Origin: an uncultured delta proteobacterium
Lineage (GTDB): Bacteria; Desulfobacterota; Desulfobacteria; Desulfobacterales; QNYZ01
Direction of reading: 5' to 3'
Assembly: GCA_963845145.1 (NCBI GenBank)
Contig: CAWJQU010000008.1
Span: forward strand, 160,001 to 224,000
DNA length: 64,000 bases
Shown: one piece after another, positions 48,226 to 58,318 of the stretch
How positions within the stretch are numbered: the first letter of the stretch is position 1
How the letters are laid out: each line of letters opens with the position of its first letter
Notes under the pieces: model-generated
Told to the model about the DNA's origin: nothing
Database searches by the model: none
The model's input: only the letters and a program-made list of their open reading frames with translations
Translations under genes and position numbers: made by a program

Positions 48226-51200
48226 TTATGCATCCTCAAGCGCAGCGTCCATTTGTTCGATGATATCCGCATCCGTCACAGCTGCTTCGATCTGGCTAAA
48301 AAGGGCATCATTGGTAAAATGTTTGAGAATAATTGCATTCGTCGGACATTTTGCATTACACAGGCCATCACCTTTACAGAGGATAGGATTCACAATCGCC
48401 TTTATCCCTCTGGGGGTATCACGAAACTGAATGGCATCGTAGGTACAAGCGGTAATGCAGGCGCCGCAGGCCACACAATCGTACTCATTGACCTTGGCTA
48501 CAGAACCGGAAGCGACAACCGTCTCTTTTGACAGCAGCGTCAATACCCTTCCGGCAGCACCGTAGGCCTGGTTGATGGTTTCCTGAATATGTTTGGGATA
48601 GTGGGCGGTTCCGCAAAGGAAAACGCCATCGGATGCAAACTCAACCGGCTTTAATTTAACATGTGCTTCTTTAAAGAATTCATCCGGGCTCAATGTTACC
48701 TTAAATTGACCGGCGACTTCCGGAGTGGTTTCCGACGGGATAACCGCTGAGGCCAAAGAGAGGATATCCGCATCCAATTCTAACCGTTGGCCTAAAATTT
48801 CATCAAAGGCGGTAACCCTGATAACATCTTTGCCCCCCTCTTTGACAACTTCAACCTGAGGAGCATCTTCCGGCTCATAGCGAATGAACCGTACACCACT
48901 TTCAGAGGCTTCCCGGTAAAAATCCTCTTTATATCCATAGGTTCGCATATCCCTAAAAAGGATATAGATCCGCATATCCGGGTTTATTTTTTTCAGTTTC
49001 AAAGCATTTTTTACCGCATGGCTACAACACACGCGGCTGCAGTAATTTCTTTCTTCATTTCGACTACCCACGCATTGAATCATCACCAGGTTCTCGGCCT
49101 TCGTAACCGCCTCATTACCCTTGACGATCTCTTCTCCCAACTCAAGATGGGTGAATACCTGCTCATTTTCGCCATACAGGTACTCTTTGGGTTTATATTC
49201 CTCGGCGCCGATGGCAAGTACCGTAGCACCATGCTTGATGTTCTTGATTCTCCCCTCGGTTTCAATCGTGGTGGTAAAATTACCCAGGTATCCGGCAACA
49301 TCCTTGATGGTTGCTTCATGCGACACATGAATCAATGGGTTTTTATACACCTGTCTGATGACGTCACCCAGATGCGCTTGAACATCCATGCCTTCTATTG
49401 TGGTGTGAAGCCGGCGTGCCACACCGCCCAACTCTTTTTCCTTTTCAACCAACTGCACCTCGTGCCCCTGCCCGGCAATGGACAAAGCACAGGTCATGCC
49501 GGCGATCCCCCCGCCGACCACTAAGGCCGTCTTATTGACCGGCAGGTCAAACTCTTTCAGGGGTTCCAGGTAGGCAGCCCGTGCCACAGACATGCGAATG
49601 ATGTCCTGCGCCTTTTCGGTGGCCTCGTCTTTTTGCTTGGCATGAACCCACGAACAGTGCTCGCGTATATTGGCCATATCCAGGTAATACTGATTTAGCC
49701 CAGCTTCCCGCAGGGTATCCCGAAATAGGGGTTCAAGTGTTCTGGGTGAGCAAGCGCCGATCACCACGCGATTTAAGCCCTTCTCCTTGGCAAGATCGGT
49801 GATTTCCCGCGCGGAGTTGGTCGCGCATGAAAAGATTTGCTCCGTGGCATAAACCACATTGGGTAAGGTCAGGGCATACTCAACCGTGTTGGGAACATTG
49901 ACGATGGCAGATATATTCGCCCCGCAATGACACACAAAGACACCGATTCGAGGCTCTTCGTTGGAAACATCGCGCTCTTCAGGGTATACTCTTTCCCTCG
50001 CTAACTTACCGCGCCGGTAGTCAAGCATCTCTCCTGTTTGAGATCCGGCACCGCTTGCTGAAAAAACCGATTCAGGGATATCCGTGGGCCCCTGAAATGC
50101 GCCGCTGACAAAAATTCCTGGCTGGCTGGTCAACATGGGATTGGAATCAATAGTTTTATTAAAGCCATGCGAATTAAGCTCTATTCCGAATTTTTCAGAC
50201 AGTTCTTTAAAATCCGCTGGTGGACTCAATCCAATAGACAAAACCACCATGTCAAATTCTTCTTCTTTAACACCATCATCCGGCGTCGCATACCTGACGA
50301 TGACGTCCTTGTTTTCAGGGTTTTCGCCGGCGATGGATGCATAACTCCTGATAAACCGGGTATCTTCAAGCTGTTCAGCCCTTTGGTAGTATCGTTCGAA
50401 ATCCTTTCCAAATGAACGGATATCGTTGTGAAATATCGTGCATTTGGCGTCGCCATGATGTTCTTTGGTCAAAATGACCTGTTTTTGGGTATAGGTACAG
50501 CAAACCCCGGAACAATAGCTGTTATCACCCTCTGTTACCCTGCGGGATCCGATGCATTGCAGCCAGGCTATATTTTTAGGATGCTTTTTGTCTGAAGCAC
50601 GCAGCACCTCACCGCCGTAGGGACCGGTGGATGACAACAGGCGTTCATAGTCCATACTGGTGACAACGTTTTGGGTTGTCGTGTAGGCATATTCATCCCT
50701 CACAGATGGATCAAACGGGGTTATCCCCGAAGAGAGAATAATCGCCCCCACATTCACATCCGCTTTTTTTTCCGTCTGTTTAAAATCGATGGCTCCCGCC
50801 TGGCATACACGCCGACAGATGTCACATTTTTTCTCTTTTAGGAACAGACAGCTTTCATCAATATAGGAGACCAGGGGAATGGCCTGGGAGAAATACACAT
50901 GGACCGCTTTATTGTCCGATATTCCCTGATTAAATTTATCGGGATATGAAACCGGGCAGTATTCCACACAGGTCGTACAACCTGTACATTTCTCTTCAAT
51001 GATGTATCGCGGTTTGGTTTTTAAGCTTACCTTAAAATCACCTGCTTCACCTTCCACGCGCTCAACTTCAGTAAATGTGAGAACCTCTATGTTTGGATGC
51101 CGGCCGACCTCGACCAGTTTGGGTGAGAGAATTCACATCGAGCAGTCATTGGTGGGAAAAGTTTTGTCAAGCTGGGCCATGTGCCCACCGATGCTCGGTC

Positions 51201-51363
51201 CTTTCTCAACGAGGTAAACCTTAAATCCGGCCGTGGCAAGGTCTAAGGACGCCTGAATACCACTGACCCCACCACCAACCACCAAAACGTCTCCGAATTG
51301 ACTCTTACCGAGATCCCCGGAAATTTGTTGGACGATCTCTTTTGGTAGTACGTCGTTTCCCAC
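48226..51363 (-). CDS. bamE: Benzoyl-CoA reductase BamE (HdrA-like flavoprotein, Sec77)
   Basis: ORFs 51133-51363 and 48226-51057 join in frame through TGA 51135-51133: [19 protein letters not shown] (a Cys position in HdrA). Two GGG FAD motifs; SECIS-like CTGGTCG-AGGT-CGGCCGG; 1045 aa. Confidence 0.9.
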
Positions 51364-51455
51364 TGTCTATCTCCTCATTAAATAAGGTGGTTCCATTTAT
51401 TTTGGTTTTAATATTTTTGAACCACTTAAATGTTCGTCTTTTTTATCAAATTGAC

Positions 51456-52607
51456 CTATAGCATCTCATTAATAATTTCTGTAATGTCTTTTACTTCCAG
51501 GACTTCCTCATACTCAAGGTTCAAGCGGCTTTCTTCAAAATTGGTGATGCAATAGGGACAGGAAGTTGCTAAAATCTGGGCACCAGTCGCTTTGGCCTGT
51601 TTTAATCGAATGTCGGAAAAACGTTCCTCCTGAGGCGTGTCCATCCAAATTCGTCCACCGCCACCGCCGCAACAGAGACTGTTTTTGCCAAAGGCTTCCA
51701 TCTCAACCAGATTCACTCCGGGTACCTTTTTCAGCAAGTTACGGGGTTCGTTATAAATCCCGTTGTGCCGTCCAAGGTAACAAGGGTCGTGATACGTGAT
51801 TGTCTTTTCGAGTTCCCCTTTTAATTCAAGCCGGCCTTCATTAATCAGTTCCAGGATATATTGATTCATATGTAGAACTTCGAAATGGACCATGAATTCA
51901 GGATATTCGTTTTTAAACGTATGATAGCAATGCGGGGATGATACGATGATCTTCTTAACCCCGTTATCGATAAACGTCTTGATATTTTGTTTGGCGAGCG
52001 TCTTAAATACGTTCTCACTGCCCGTTTTTCGGATGCTCTCGCCACAACAGCTTTCCTTTTCACCCAGAATCCCGAATTGCACGCCGGCCTGGTTAAGGAT
52101 ATTGGCTGTCGCGATGGCCACTTTCTTCATGCGAGGATCATAGGCAAAGTAACACCCGACAAAATAGAGGGCCTCCATCCCTTCTTCATAGGGTTTTACC
52201 GGGAGCCCTTTGGCCCATTCGGCACGTTTTCCACGCTCTCCTTGAAGGGGATTGCCTTCGGAGATGAGGCTTGCCCTGGCCGTTCGGGCCGACTTAACCG
52301 AGGCGGGGAACATTTCATAAGCCGAGGCAAGTTTGCGCAAGGCGACACTGATGTCTATCTGCTTGACACCCCTGGGGCATTGAGCCGGGCAAGTTCCGCA
52401 GGTCGTACAGCGCCAGATATCTTCACCTTCCACTTCACTTAACCCAAAGGCGGCCTCACGAATAAGTTTTCGCATGCTAAAGTTTCTAACTTTATTCCAC
52501 GGGCAAACGACATCACACAGCCCGCACTGAAAGCATAGCTTAAAGATTTCACCACCGGCCTCTTTGATCTCATCGATAACTTCTATAAAGGGGGCTACCG
52601 TTTCCAC
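51456..52607 (-). CDS. bamD: Benzoyl-CoA reductase BamD (HdrD-like, CCG domains)
   Basis: CFQCGLCDVVCP, CTTCGTCPAQCP, SCCG, YHDPCYLGR and CCGGGGG. Confidence 0.85.
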   Translation of the reverse strand: METVAPFIEVIDEIKEAGGEIFKLCFQCGLCDVVCPWNKVRNFSMRKLIREAAFGLSEVEGEDIWRCTTCGTCPAQCPRGVKQIDISVALRKLASAYEMFPASVKSARTARASLISEGNPLQGERGKRAEWAKGLPVKPYEEGMEALYFVGCYFAYDPRMKKVAIATANILNQAGVQFGILGEKESCCGESIRKTGSENVFKTLAKQNIKTFIDNGVKKIIVSSPHCYHTFKNEYPEFMVHFEVLHMNQYILELINEGRLELKGELEKTITYHDPCYLGRHNGIYNEPRNLLKKVPGVNLVEMEAFGKNSLCCGGGGGRIWMDTPQEERFSDIRLKQAKATGAQILATSCPYCITNFEESRLNLEYEEVLEVKDITEIINEML

Positions 52608-52640
52608 CGTCTTTGTTCATCCTATTTTTGGGAAAATAAG

Positions 52641-53174
52641 TTATTCCTTCTCGGAAAGTCGCGCCAGGGCGTCCCGTATCTTATCCATGCCGAATCTATC
52701 TGCCAGGGATTCCAGGCCGACTTCCAACTCTTCCTGCTCCTCTTGCTCTTCGACTTCCTCTTCCCTCTCTTCAACCACGAGTGCGTCAACCGTACACCAC
52801 TTCACACACAAGGGTTCATCTTCGCCTTCACACATATCGCATTTCAATGGAAGGCCGGAATCGGGTTCTTTAAACTCTTCTCTGGAAGGACAGGAAGCCC
52901 GGCAAAAGGCACACTCATCATACTCTTTTCCCGCAATCGAGTACTTATCTCGGCCGGCACATTCAGCAACCGTATACTCCCCCGCGTAGGTAGGAATATA
53001 GAGGTCTCTCAATGGATCACGAATCACACGAATACGGGACCTGGCCGGATTATTGCTGCTATATTTGGGATTGGCATGAAAGGCGGAACAGATCATCTCG
53101 CAGGCCCGGCACCCATGACATTTTTCAAGATCTATTTTGATTGTTTTTATGATTTTTTTCTTTACTTCGCTCAA
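52641..53174 (-). CDS. bamC: Benzoyl-CoA reductase BamC (FeS electron-transfer subunit)
   Basis: CHGCRACEMICSAFH, ECAFCRASCPSR and KCDMC..PLCVKWC; directly after bamB. Confidence 0.88.
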   Translation of the reverse strand: MSEVKKKIIKTIKIDLEKCHGCRACEMICSAFHANPKYSSNNPARSRIRVIRDPLRDLYIPTYAGEYTVAECAGRDKYSIAGKEYDECAFCRASCPSREEFKEPDSGLPLKCDMCEGEDEPLCVKWCTVDALVVEEREEEVEEQEEQEELEVGLESLADRFGMDKIRDALARLSEKE

Positions 53175-53191
53175 GGTTCGTATCCTCCCCT

Positions 53192-55198
53192 CTAATTTGT
53201 CGCTTCAGCCACAGACGGTTCATCATTTTCTGCATCTTCGCCGTCCGTCAAGATCCCCCTTTTGATAAGATCCTCAGCGACGTAATCCAGGTCCAATTCA
53301 TGTAAAGATTCCTTGGTCGGAATACCTTCACTATTCCATCCCTTGTAGGTGTAGTACGTATCCAACAACTCTTTTTCGAGTTCGGGAAACCTTTTTTTCC
53401 AATGATCTTCGGGTGGCTTCTCATCTTTTCGGCGCAGGCCCCGGTTTATATTGAAGGCCCGGAGCAATGTACGGTATCGTTTAGCCGCTAGTGAAAGTTT
53501 ATCCTCATCCATTTCGAATCCAGCGCCGGCTGATAGAAATTTCGGAATATTGTGAATATGATACGGCGGTTTTAAATGAAATGATGATAAACCGGCACAC
53601 ATGCCCAAAGCATCGTCGATGTAATGCATCCTCTCCTGCCAGTCGACGATGTCACATGTCATCTCAACGGTAGGATAATAGGGAATTGAGTTATCACCGC
53701 GAATTTCCCAGTCCACAAAATATTGTTTAAATTTTTCATCCGGGACCTGAAACCAATCTTTAACAAATTTTTCCCGATGCTCTCGCTTGGGAAAAGGTGC
53801 CTGGGGAAACTGCCCCTCAATTTGCGTGATGTTCATTTTCTCACCGGTACAATACATCAGAAAATAGATGGGATTCAGCATGGACAGCTTGAGGGGCAAC
53901 TGCTCGTGTTTCTTAATGTTATTATGTGCATATTGATCCGCACCGTTGCCAATCTCCTCAGCGGCCCAATAGGTACCATTAGCCAGGATATCCCCGATCC
54001 CTTCCCGATTGACGATCTTATCTAACAGGTAGTAAAATCGACCCTCACTATCCTCCGGCATTTCCGGGAAATCTTTATCCGTCAAAATACCGTTTTCCAA
54101 AAGCTCGAGGGCAAAGGCCATCACTTGCGGCGTCGAATAACCGTCCACGCCATATTCGGTCGCCCGTTGCGCAATTCTTAAACCAAAATCAAGATTCGAC
54201 ATGGCCGCCATGGTATAGGTCAGCTTTGTGAAGCATTTCATCATGTAAGCGGGGATACCCGGCATGGAAATGGTTGCGCCACACGCCACGGGACAGTTAT
54301 AACAACTGATCAGTCGCGAACGCGCTACGTTCATGGTTTCCAACCATTCATCTGAGACTTCTTCGGTCCAAAACCCTTTTCGTCGAAGGCGGGCATTTCC
54401 CCAGGAAAAATTCTCCGTGTGCCACTTCTCATCGTGGACGGCCATCTCCTGCGGTGATCCGAGAATGGCCAAAATCGGCATAACGCCGGGAATAGGATTG
54501 TCTTGTCGCCATTCGATATATTCCAACACGTCATAGCAAAGTTTCATGAACGCTTCCGGGTCGGCGATATTGATGTCCTGGGTTCCGCGCACAACAATCG
54601 CTTTAACCCCTTTGTCGCCCATGACGGCACCGATTCCTCCCCGACTGGCACTGGATCGGCCCTGCTCGACGGAAGCATAATAGACCCTGTTTTCTCCGGC
54701 CAGACCAATGGCGGACACCTGAGCTTTCGGCTGTTTCAACTCTTTTTTAATAAGTTCAGCGGTCTCAATGGCGCCTTTGCCCTTTAAATGGGATGCATCC
54801 CGTATTTCCACCTTGTCGTTATGTATCCACAAATAGACCAAATCCGGTGATTTCCCGCGTAAGATCACTTTGTCATAACCGGCGTACTTTAATTCCGGGG
54901 CCCAGTATCCCCCCATCATTGAAAAAGCCATCAACTTGGTCTGCGGCGAAACAGTGGATACAATAGTTCGGTTACAACCGGTAGCAGGCGTCCCGCATAA
55001 AAGTCCTGTACCGAATATCAAAAGGTTATCAGGTGAAAAGGCGTCAGTCTCGGGCGGAACCCTGTCCCACATGATCTTGGTATTGGTACCCAACCCCCCC
55101 ATATAAAGCTCTGTATCTTTTGGATCCGACGGGACCTTTTCAATGTTACCCCGGGTTAGATCAATCTCTAAGTTAAACCCTGTCTCTGCATACCTCAT
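53192..55198 (-). CDS. bamB: Class II benzoyl-CoA reductase catalytic tungsten subunit (AOR family)
   Basis: MRYAETG start, GSPQEMAVHDEKWHTENF (Zn/proton-donor Glu/His cluster) and MMKCFTKL (W-ligand Cys), as recalled for BamB; full bamCDEFGHI downstream. Confidence 0.93.
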   Translation of the reverse strand: MRYAETGFNLEIDLTRGNIEKVPSDPKDTELYMGGLGTNTKIMWDRVPPETDAFSPDNLLIFGTGLLCGTPATGCNRTIVSTVSPQTKLMAFSMMGGYWAPELKYAGYDKVILRGKSPDLVYLWIHNDKVEIRDASHLKGKGAIETAELIKKELKQPKAQVSAIGLAGENRVYYASVEQGRSSASRGGIGAVMGDKGVKAIVVRGTQDINIADPEAFMKLCYDVLEYIEWRQDNPIPGVMPILAILGSPQEMAVHDEKWHTENFSWGNARLRRKGFWTEEVSDEWLETMNVARSRLISCYNCPVACGATISMPGIPAYMMKCFTKLTYTMAAMSNLDFGLRIAQRATEYGVDGYSTPQVMAFALELLENGILTDKDFPEMPEDSEGRFYYLLDKIVNREGIGDILANGTYWAAEEIGNGADQYAHNNIKKHEQLPLKLSMLNPIYFLMYCTGEKMNITQIEGQFPQAPFPKREHREKFVKDWFQVPDEKFKQYFVDWEIRGDNSIPYYPTVEMTCDIVDWQERMHYIDDALGMCAGLSSFHLKPPYHIHNIPKFLSAGAGFEMDEDKLSLAAKRYRTLLRAFNINRGLRRKDEKPPEDHWKKRFPELEKELLDTYYTYKGWNSEGIPTKESLHELDLDYVAEDLIKRGILTDGEDAENDEPSVAEATN

Positions 55199-55387
55199 TT
55201 TTTTACCCCTTCTAAATTACCTAAAACCTGCAGGCCGCTGATTTTTTGCAATTAATGTCCACAATTTATGGGTTTGCCGATCCCGTGTTCTCTTAATAAA
55301 ATGTAACCAACTTAATTTAAAATAGATATAACCGTTTTTTCTATCCCCAACCTGGGATATCGACAAAAATCACCCAATTCTAAAGGT

Positions 55388-55431
55388 TTACGATGTAATC
55401 ACTATTTAGCTACATCGTAACTACATGTCAA
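55388..55431 (-). promoter_or_regulatory. bamB promoter overlapped by a perfect inverted repeat
   Basis: Minus-strand TTGACA (55431-55426), 17 nt, TAAATA; TTACGATGTA-N13-TACATCGTAA at 55388-55420. Confidence 0.6.
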
Positions 55432-55552
55432 GAAAAAAGTGGCTGTTTGGAGATGGTTTGCGGAGTGGTCGAGCACCGTCTGGTAGCCAGCCAGGGACCT
55501 TTTCAAAACGCTCAAATCACTTTTTCAAGCACAGGTAAACAGGGCGCACTCC

Positions 55553-56194
55553 TTAGGGATTGATGCCGAATCGCAACCATTTGAATTGTTGAATGACCTC
55601 ATCGGATAAAGCCTTTCCCACTCGGCCCATAAATAGGTTTTCGGGTTTAAGACAGATGTTGGGATCATTGGTTTGCATTTCGACGAATCCGTGAGATGCG
55701 AAAAGACGAAGTAAGATATTCCGATAGGCCTGTGCCGATTTATTGGTACCGTCCAGGTCCCAGGTCCAGGAATATCCGACCATATAGGCAACAATCTTTT
55801 CGATTTGCGGGTGTTTGACCAGCATGCCCAGAATGGCATCGGCCACATGCCCGGAGCGCCAGTCCCGGCAAACTTCAATGGCTTTAACTTCCATCATTAA
55901 TTTCGGTCCCAGGCGCGTCCATCGTTCAGTGGGATCGGGATAATCCAGAACACCGAAGCCGACAATTGTACCTGCTTCGGTCAATGCCACGGTCACATTG
56001 GCGCCCTCATGTCCGGCGATTTTTTCCAGAGTTTCCCGTTTGGTATACAGGGATCGAAATTGGGCAAAGGTGCCGAATTGTTTGTCGAAAGCGTACGATT
56101 GAATTTCTTCCGGCGTGCAGCCGCAACGAATCCGTAGCCGGCCACCAGGCGTCGGCCAGGGCATTTCTCGGGATGGTAGATCGCAGGTGTCCAT
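55553..56194 (-). CDS. AcuA-like GNAT protein acetyltransferase
   Basis: YPDPTERW, EVKAIEVCRDWR, GYSWTWDL and TNDPNI..PENLFMGRVG resemble the AcuA family. Confidence 0.7.
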   Translation of the reverse strand: MDTCDLPSREMPWPTPGGRLRIRCGCTPEEIQSYAFDKQFGTFAQFRSLYTKRETLEKIAGHEGANVTVALTEAGTIVGFGVLDYPDPTERWTRLGPKLMMEVKAIEVCRDWRSGHVADAILGMLVKHPQIEKIVAYMVGYSWTWDLDGTNKSAQAYRNILLRLFASHGFVEMQTNDPNICLKPENLFMGRVGKALSDEVIQQFKWLRFGINP

Positions 56195-56245
56195 TATTTA
56201 TGCATAGATTTGCTTGGTTTCATGTTTTGCAGGCCCGGCCTTAGA

Positions 56246-56800
56246 TTAGAAATCACCCCAGCCGCGATGCAAGCGCTTGATCATAATCGCCAAGTTATAA
56301 TAGTTCCCCTCATGATCTTTGGCGTAATTCTTGATTTCAGCCCGTGTAACAAAATCGAGCTTTCGCACGGCATCGATGGCCACATCTTCCGGTCCTTTTA
56401 CCAGATCGGTTCGCAGGATTTCCAATCCCTTGTCCATGGCCAACTGAATCAGGTCAAGGGTTATCCAGGTACCGAGCCGTTGCAATCGATATTCGGGGTG
56501 AATAATGATTCGAAATCGCCCCACATGCCGGGTCGAGCCAAACCCGCGGATATGCAGGCTGCCATGGCCGACAATGTTGTCGCCACACAGAGCGACAATC
56601 GACTCCACCGTGTCCGATTCGATAAATTCAAACCATTTTTTAATTACGCTGGGCTCGGTTACATTATAGCGCATAAACCAGCGGTCTTCTTCGGGGATCT
56701 CTTTGAAGAATTTTAACAACATCTCTTCATCATCGGGCGCCAAGGGTCGAATCACGACCTCCTGGCAACCCTTTAATACGCACTCTTTGGGATAACGCAT
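56246..56800 (-). CDS. GNAT family N-acetyltransferase
   Basis: VVIRPL, RHVGRFRIIIHPEYRLQRLG. Confidence 0.82.
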   Translation of the reverse strand: MRYPKECVLKGCQEVVIRPLAPDDEEMLLKFFKEIPEEDRWFMRYNVTEPSVIKKWFEFIESDTVESIVALCGDNIVGHGSLHIRGFGSTRHVGRFRIIIHPEYRLQRLGTWITLDLIQLAMDKGLEILRTDLVKGPEDVAIDAVRKLDFVTRAEIKNYAKDHEGNYYNLAIMIKRLHRGWGDF

Positions 56801-56846
56801 GCGCTGATTCCTCTATAGTGTTTCATGAATGCCGAGGCATTCGTAA

Positions 56847-56900
56847 AAAAGGGGCAGAGACATGTTTCAACCGTATTGATGAAACCGCCATGCCCCTTTT
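56847..56900 (-). terminator. Probable intrinsic terminator after bamA
   Basis: AAAAGGGGCA...TGCCCCTTTT inverted repeat followed by a U-run on the minus strand. Confidence 0.55.
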
Positions 56901-56949
56901 GTCCAGACTCAAACCATTTTAATCACTCGGTTAGAGTTGTTAACGCTTC

Positions 56950-58086
56950 TTATTCTTTCGGCTTTCCCATGACTTCGGCAAACATATCCATATCCCAGTC
57001 TCTGGCATCGGCCACATTCTGACGGAACTTGATAAAGTCGATGGTATCCTTACCGGTGATTTTTTTGGTGTTGAATGCGCCGAATCCCAAGAAAGCTTCT
57101 CCCGACATATTGGCGGCGAGCCAGTGTCGGTGATCGTTTTTCATGGTATCCCAGAAAAACTTCTTTTTCTGGCGAATATCTTCGACAGATTTAACCAGAC
57201 ATCCTGGAAAGAGGTTGGCAAACTTCCAGATAATTTTATCGACCTCTTTGTCCAATAGCTCAAAATCCGCATTGGCCTGATGCTGTTTTAGAAGGTCTTT
57301 GCCATCCTTGAACGCCTGGCCGGTCTTGTACTCCCCGTACACGATCTCACCACCGTCCACGTACTTGTCCGTTTCAATCATGGGATTACGAACCCATTCG
57401 CCGTCTATTTTGAGAACGGGTACAACCTTGGAAATCATGCCCTTTACTTTCATCTTATAGGCTGACCACATTTCGCAGGAAACACAGTTCCACATGGCAT
57501 CTTCCATGGTCAAAAACCAGGGCAGAAAATCGGATGATCCACCCGCCGGGGATGAGCCGTGTTTGGGGCCCGCCTGACCGAAAATAGCCAGATCCGACGA
57601 TACGGCCAGATCACACGCCAAACCAATTTCCTGGCCTCCGGCCACCCGCATCCCGTTCACACGACAAATGGTCGGCTTGTGGCAAGAAAGGATCGCATCG
57701 ACCATATGATTGAAAAGCTCCATGTACTGGGCATACTCTTCCGGACGGCGGGAGTAGTATTCGGAGTATTCCTTGGTATTACCGCCAGTGCAAAATGCAT
57801 AGGGTCCCGTTCCGGTAAACACAACAGCGATGACACCTCTGTCCAGAGACGCATTCTCAAACCCGGCAATGACGCCCTTTACCATATCGGTGGTGTAGGA
57901 GTTGTACTGCTTGGGATTGTTCAACGTAATCCAAGCGACGAACAAGCCTTCAACCACGTTTCCTTTGGGATCGAGCAGCGGTTTTTTTTCATACTTGACG
58001 CCCGGTGCCTCGTCTGTCCAATAGGGGTTGCGATGCAAGGCATGGTCTTTATCTTCATTGTCTCTAGGCATCCAATCCAAACTCAT
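56950..58086 (-). CDS. bamA: 6-oxocyclohex-1-ene-1-carbonyl-CoA hydrolase (ring-opening)
   Basis: LNNPKQYNSYTTDMVK, FCTGGNTKEYSEYY, NGMRVAGGQEIG and QAGPKHGS motifs of Oah/BamA. Confidence 0.92.
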   Translation of the reverse strand: MSLDWMPRDNEDKDHALHRNPYWTDEAPGVKYEKKPLLDPKGNVVEGLFVAWITLNNPKQYNSYTTDMVKGVIAGFENASLDRGVIAVVFTGTGPYAFCTGGNTKEYSEYYSRRPEEYAQYMELFNHMVDAILSCHKPTICRVNGMRVAGGQEIGLACDLAVSSDLAIFGQAGPKHGSSPAGGSSDFLPWFLTMEDAMWNCVSCEMWSAYKMKVKGMISKVVPVLKIDGEWVRNPMIETDKYVDGGEIVYGEYKTGQAFKDGKDLLKQHQANADFELLDKEVDKIIWKFANLFPGCLVKSVEDIRQKKKFFWDTMKNDHRHWLAANMSGEAFLGFGAFNTKKITGKDTIDFIKFRQNVADARDWDMDMFAEVMGKPKE

Positions 58087-58182
58087 TTAGGCCTCCTTTT
58101 TTCATTTATTATGTGTACATTTAATTACAATTTATTGTTTACGTTATTAAAACTTTTCAAATGGTTGTACGGCCAGCGGCCG

Positions 58183-58318
58183 GTTGGCCCGTTAGCCCGT
58201 TAGCCCGTTAGCCCGTTAGCCCGTTAGCCGGTTTAATTGTATCTTAGCATTTTTTTTAACAATGTCTGAAAACGGACACACGGGTGAACGGGGAAACCGG
58301 CAAACCGACAAACCGACC
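58183..58318. repeat. Two inverted arrays of 8-nt tandem repeats between bamQ and bamA
   Basis: (GTTAGCCC)x4 plus 2 variants at 58183-58230; six degenerate complementary octamers (AACGGACA..AACCGACC) at 58271-58318. Confidence 0.8.

Noticed and set aside
53192..55198. Ordinary aldehyde:ferredoxin oxidoreductase
   Set aside because: BamB-specific motifs and the bamC-I, bamA and bamQ context indicate benzoyl-CoA reductase.
58183..58230. CRISPR array
   Set aside because: 8-nt tandem units with no spacers and no cas genes; no CRISPR array was seen anywhere in the window.
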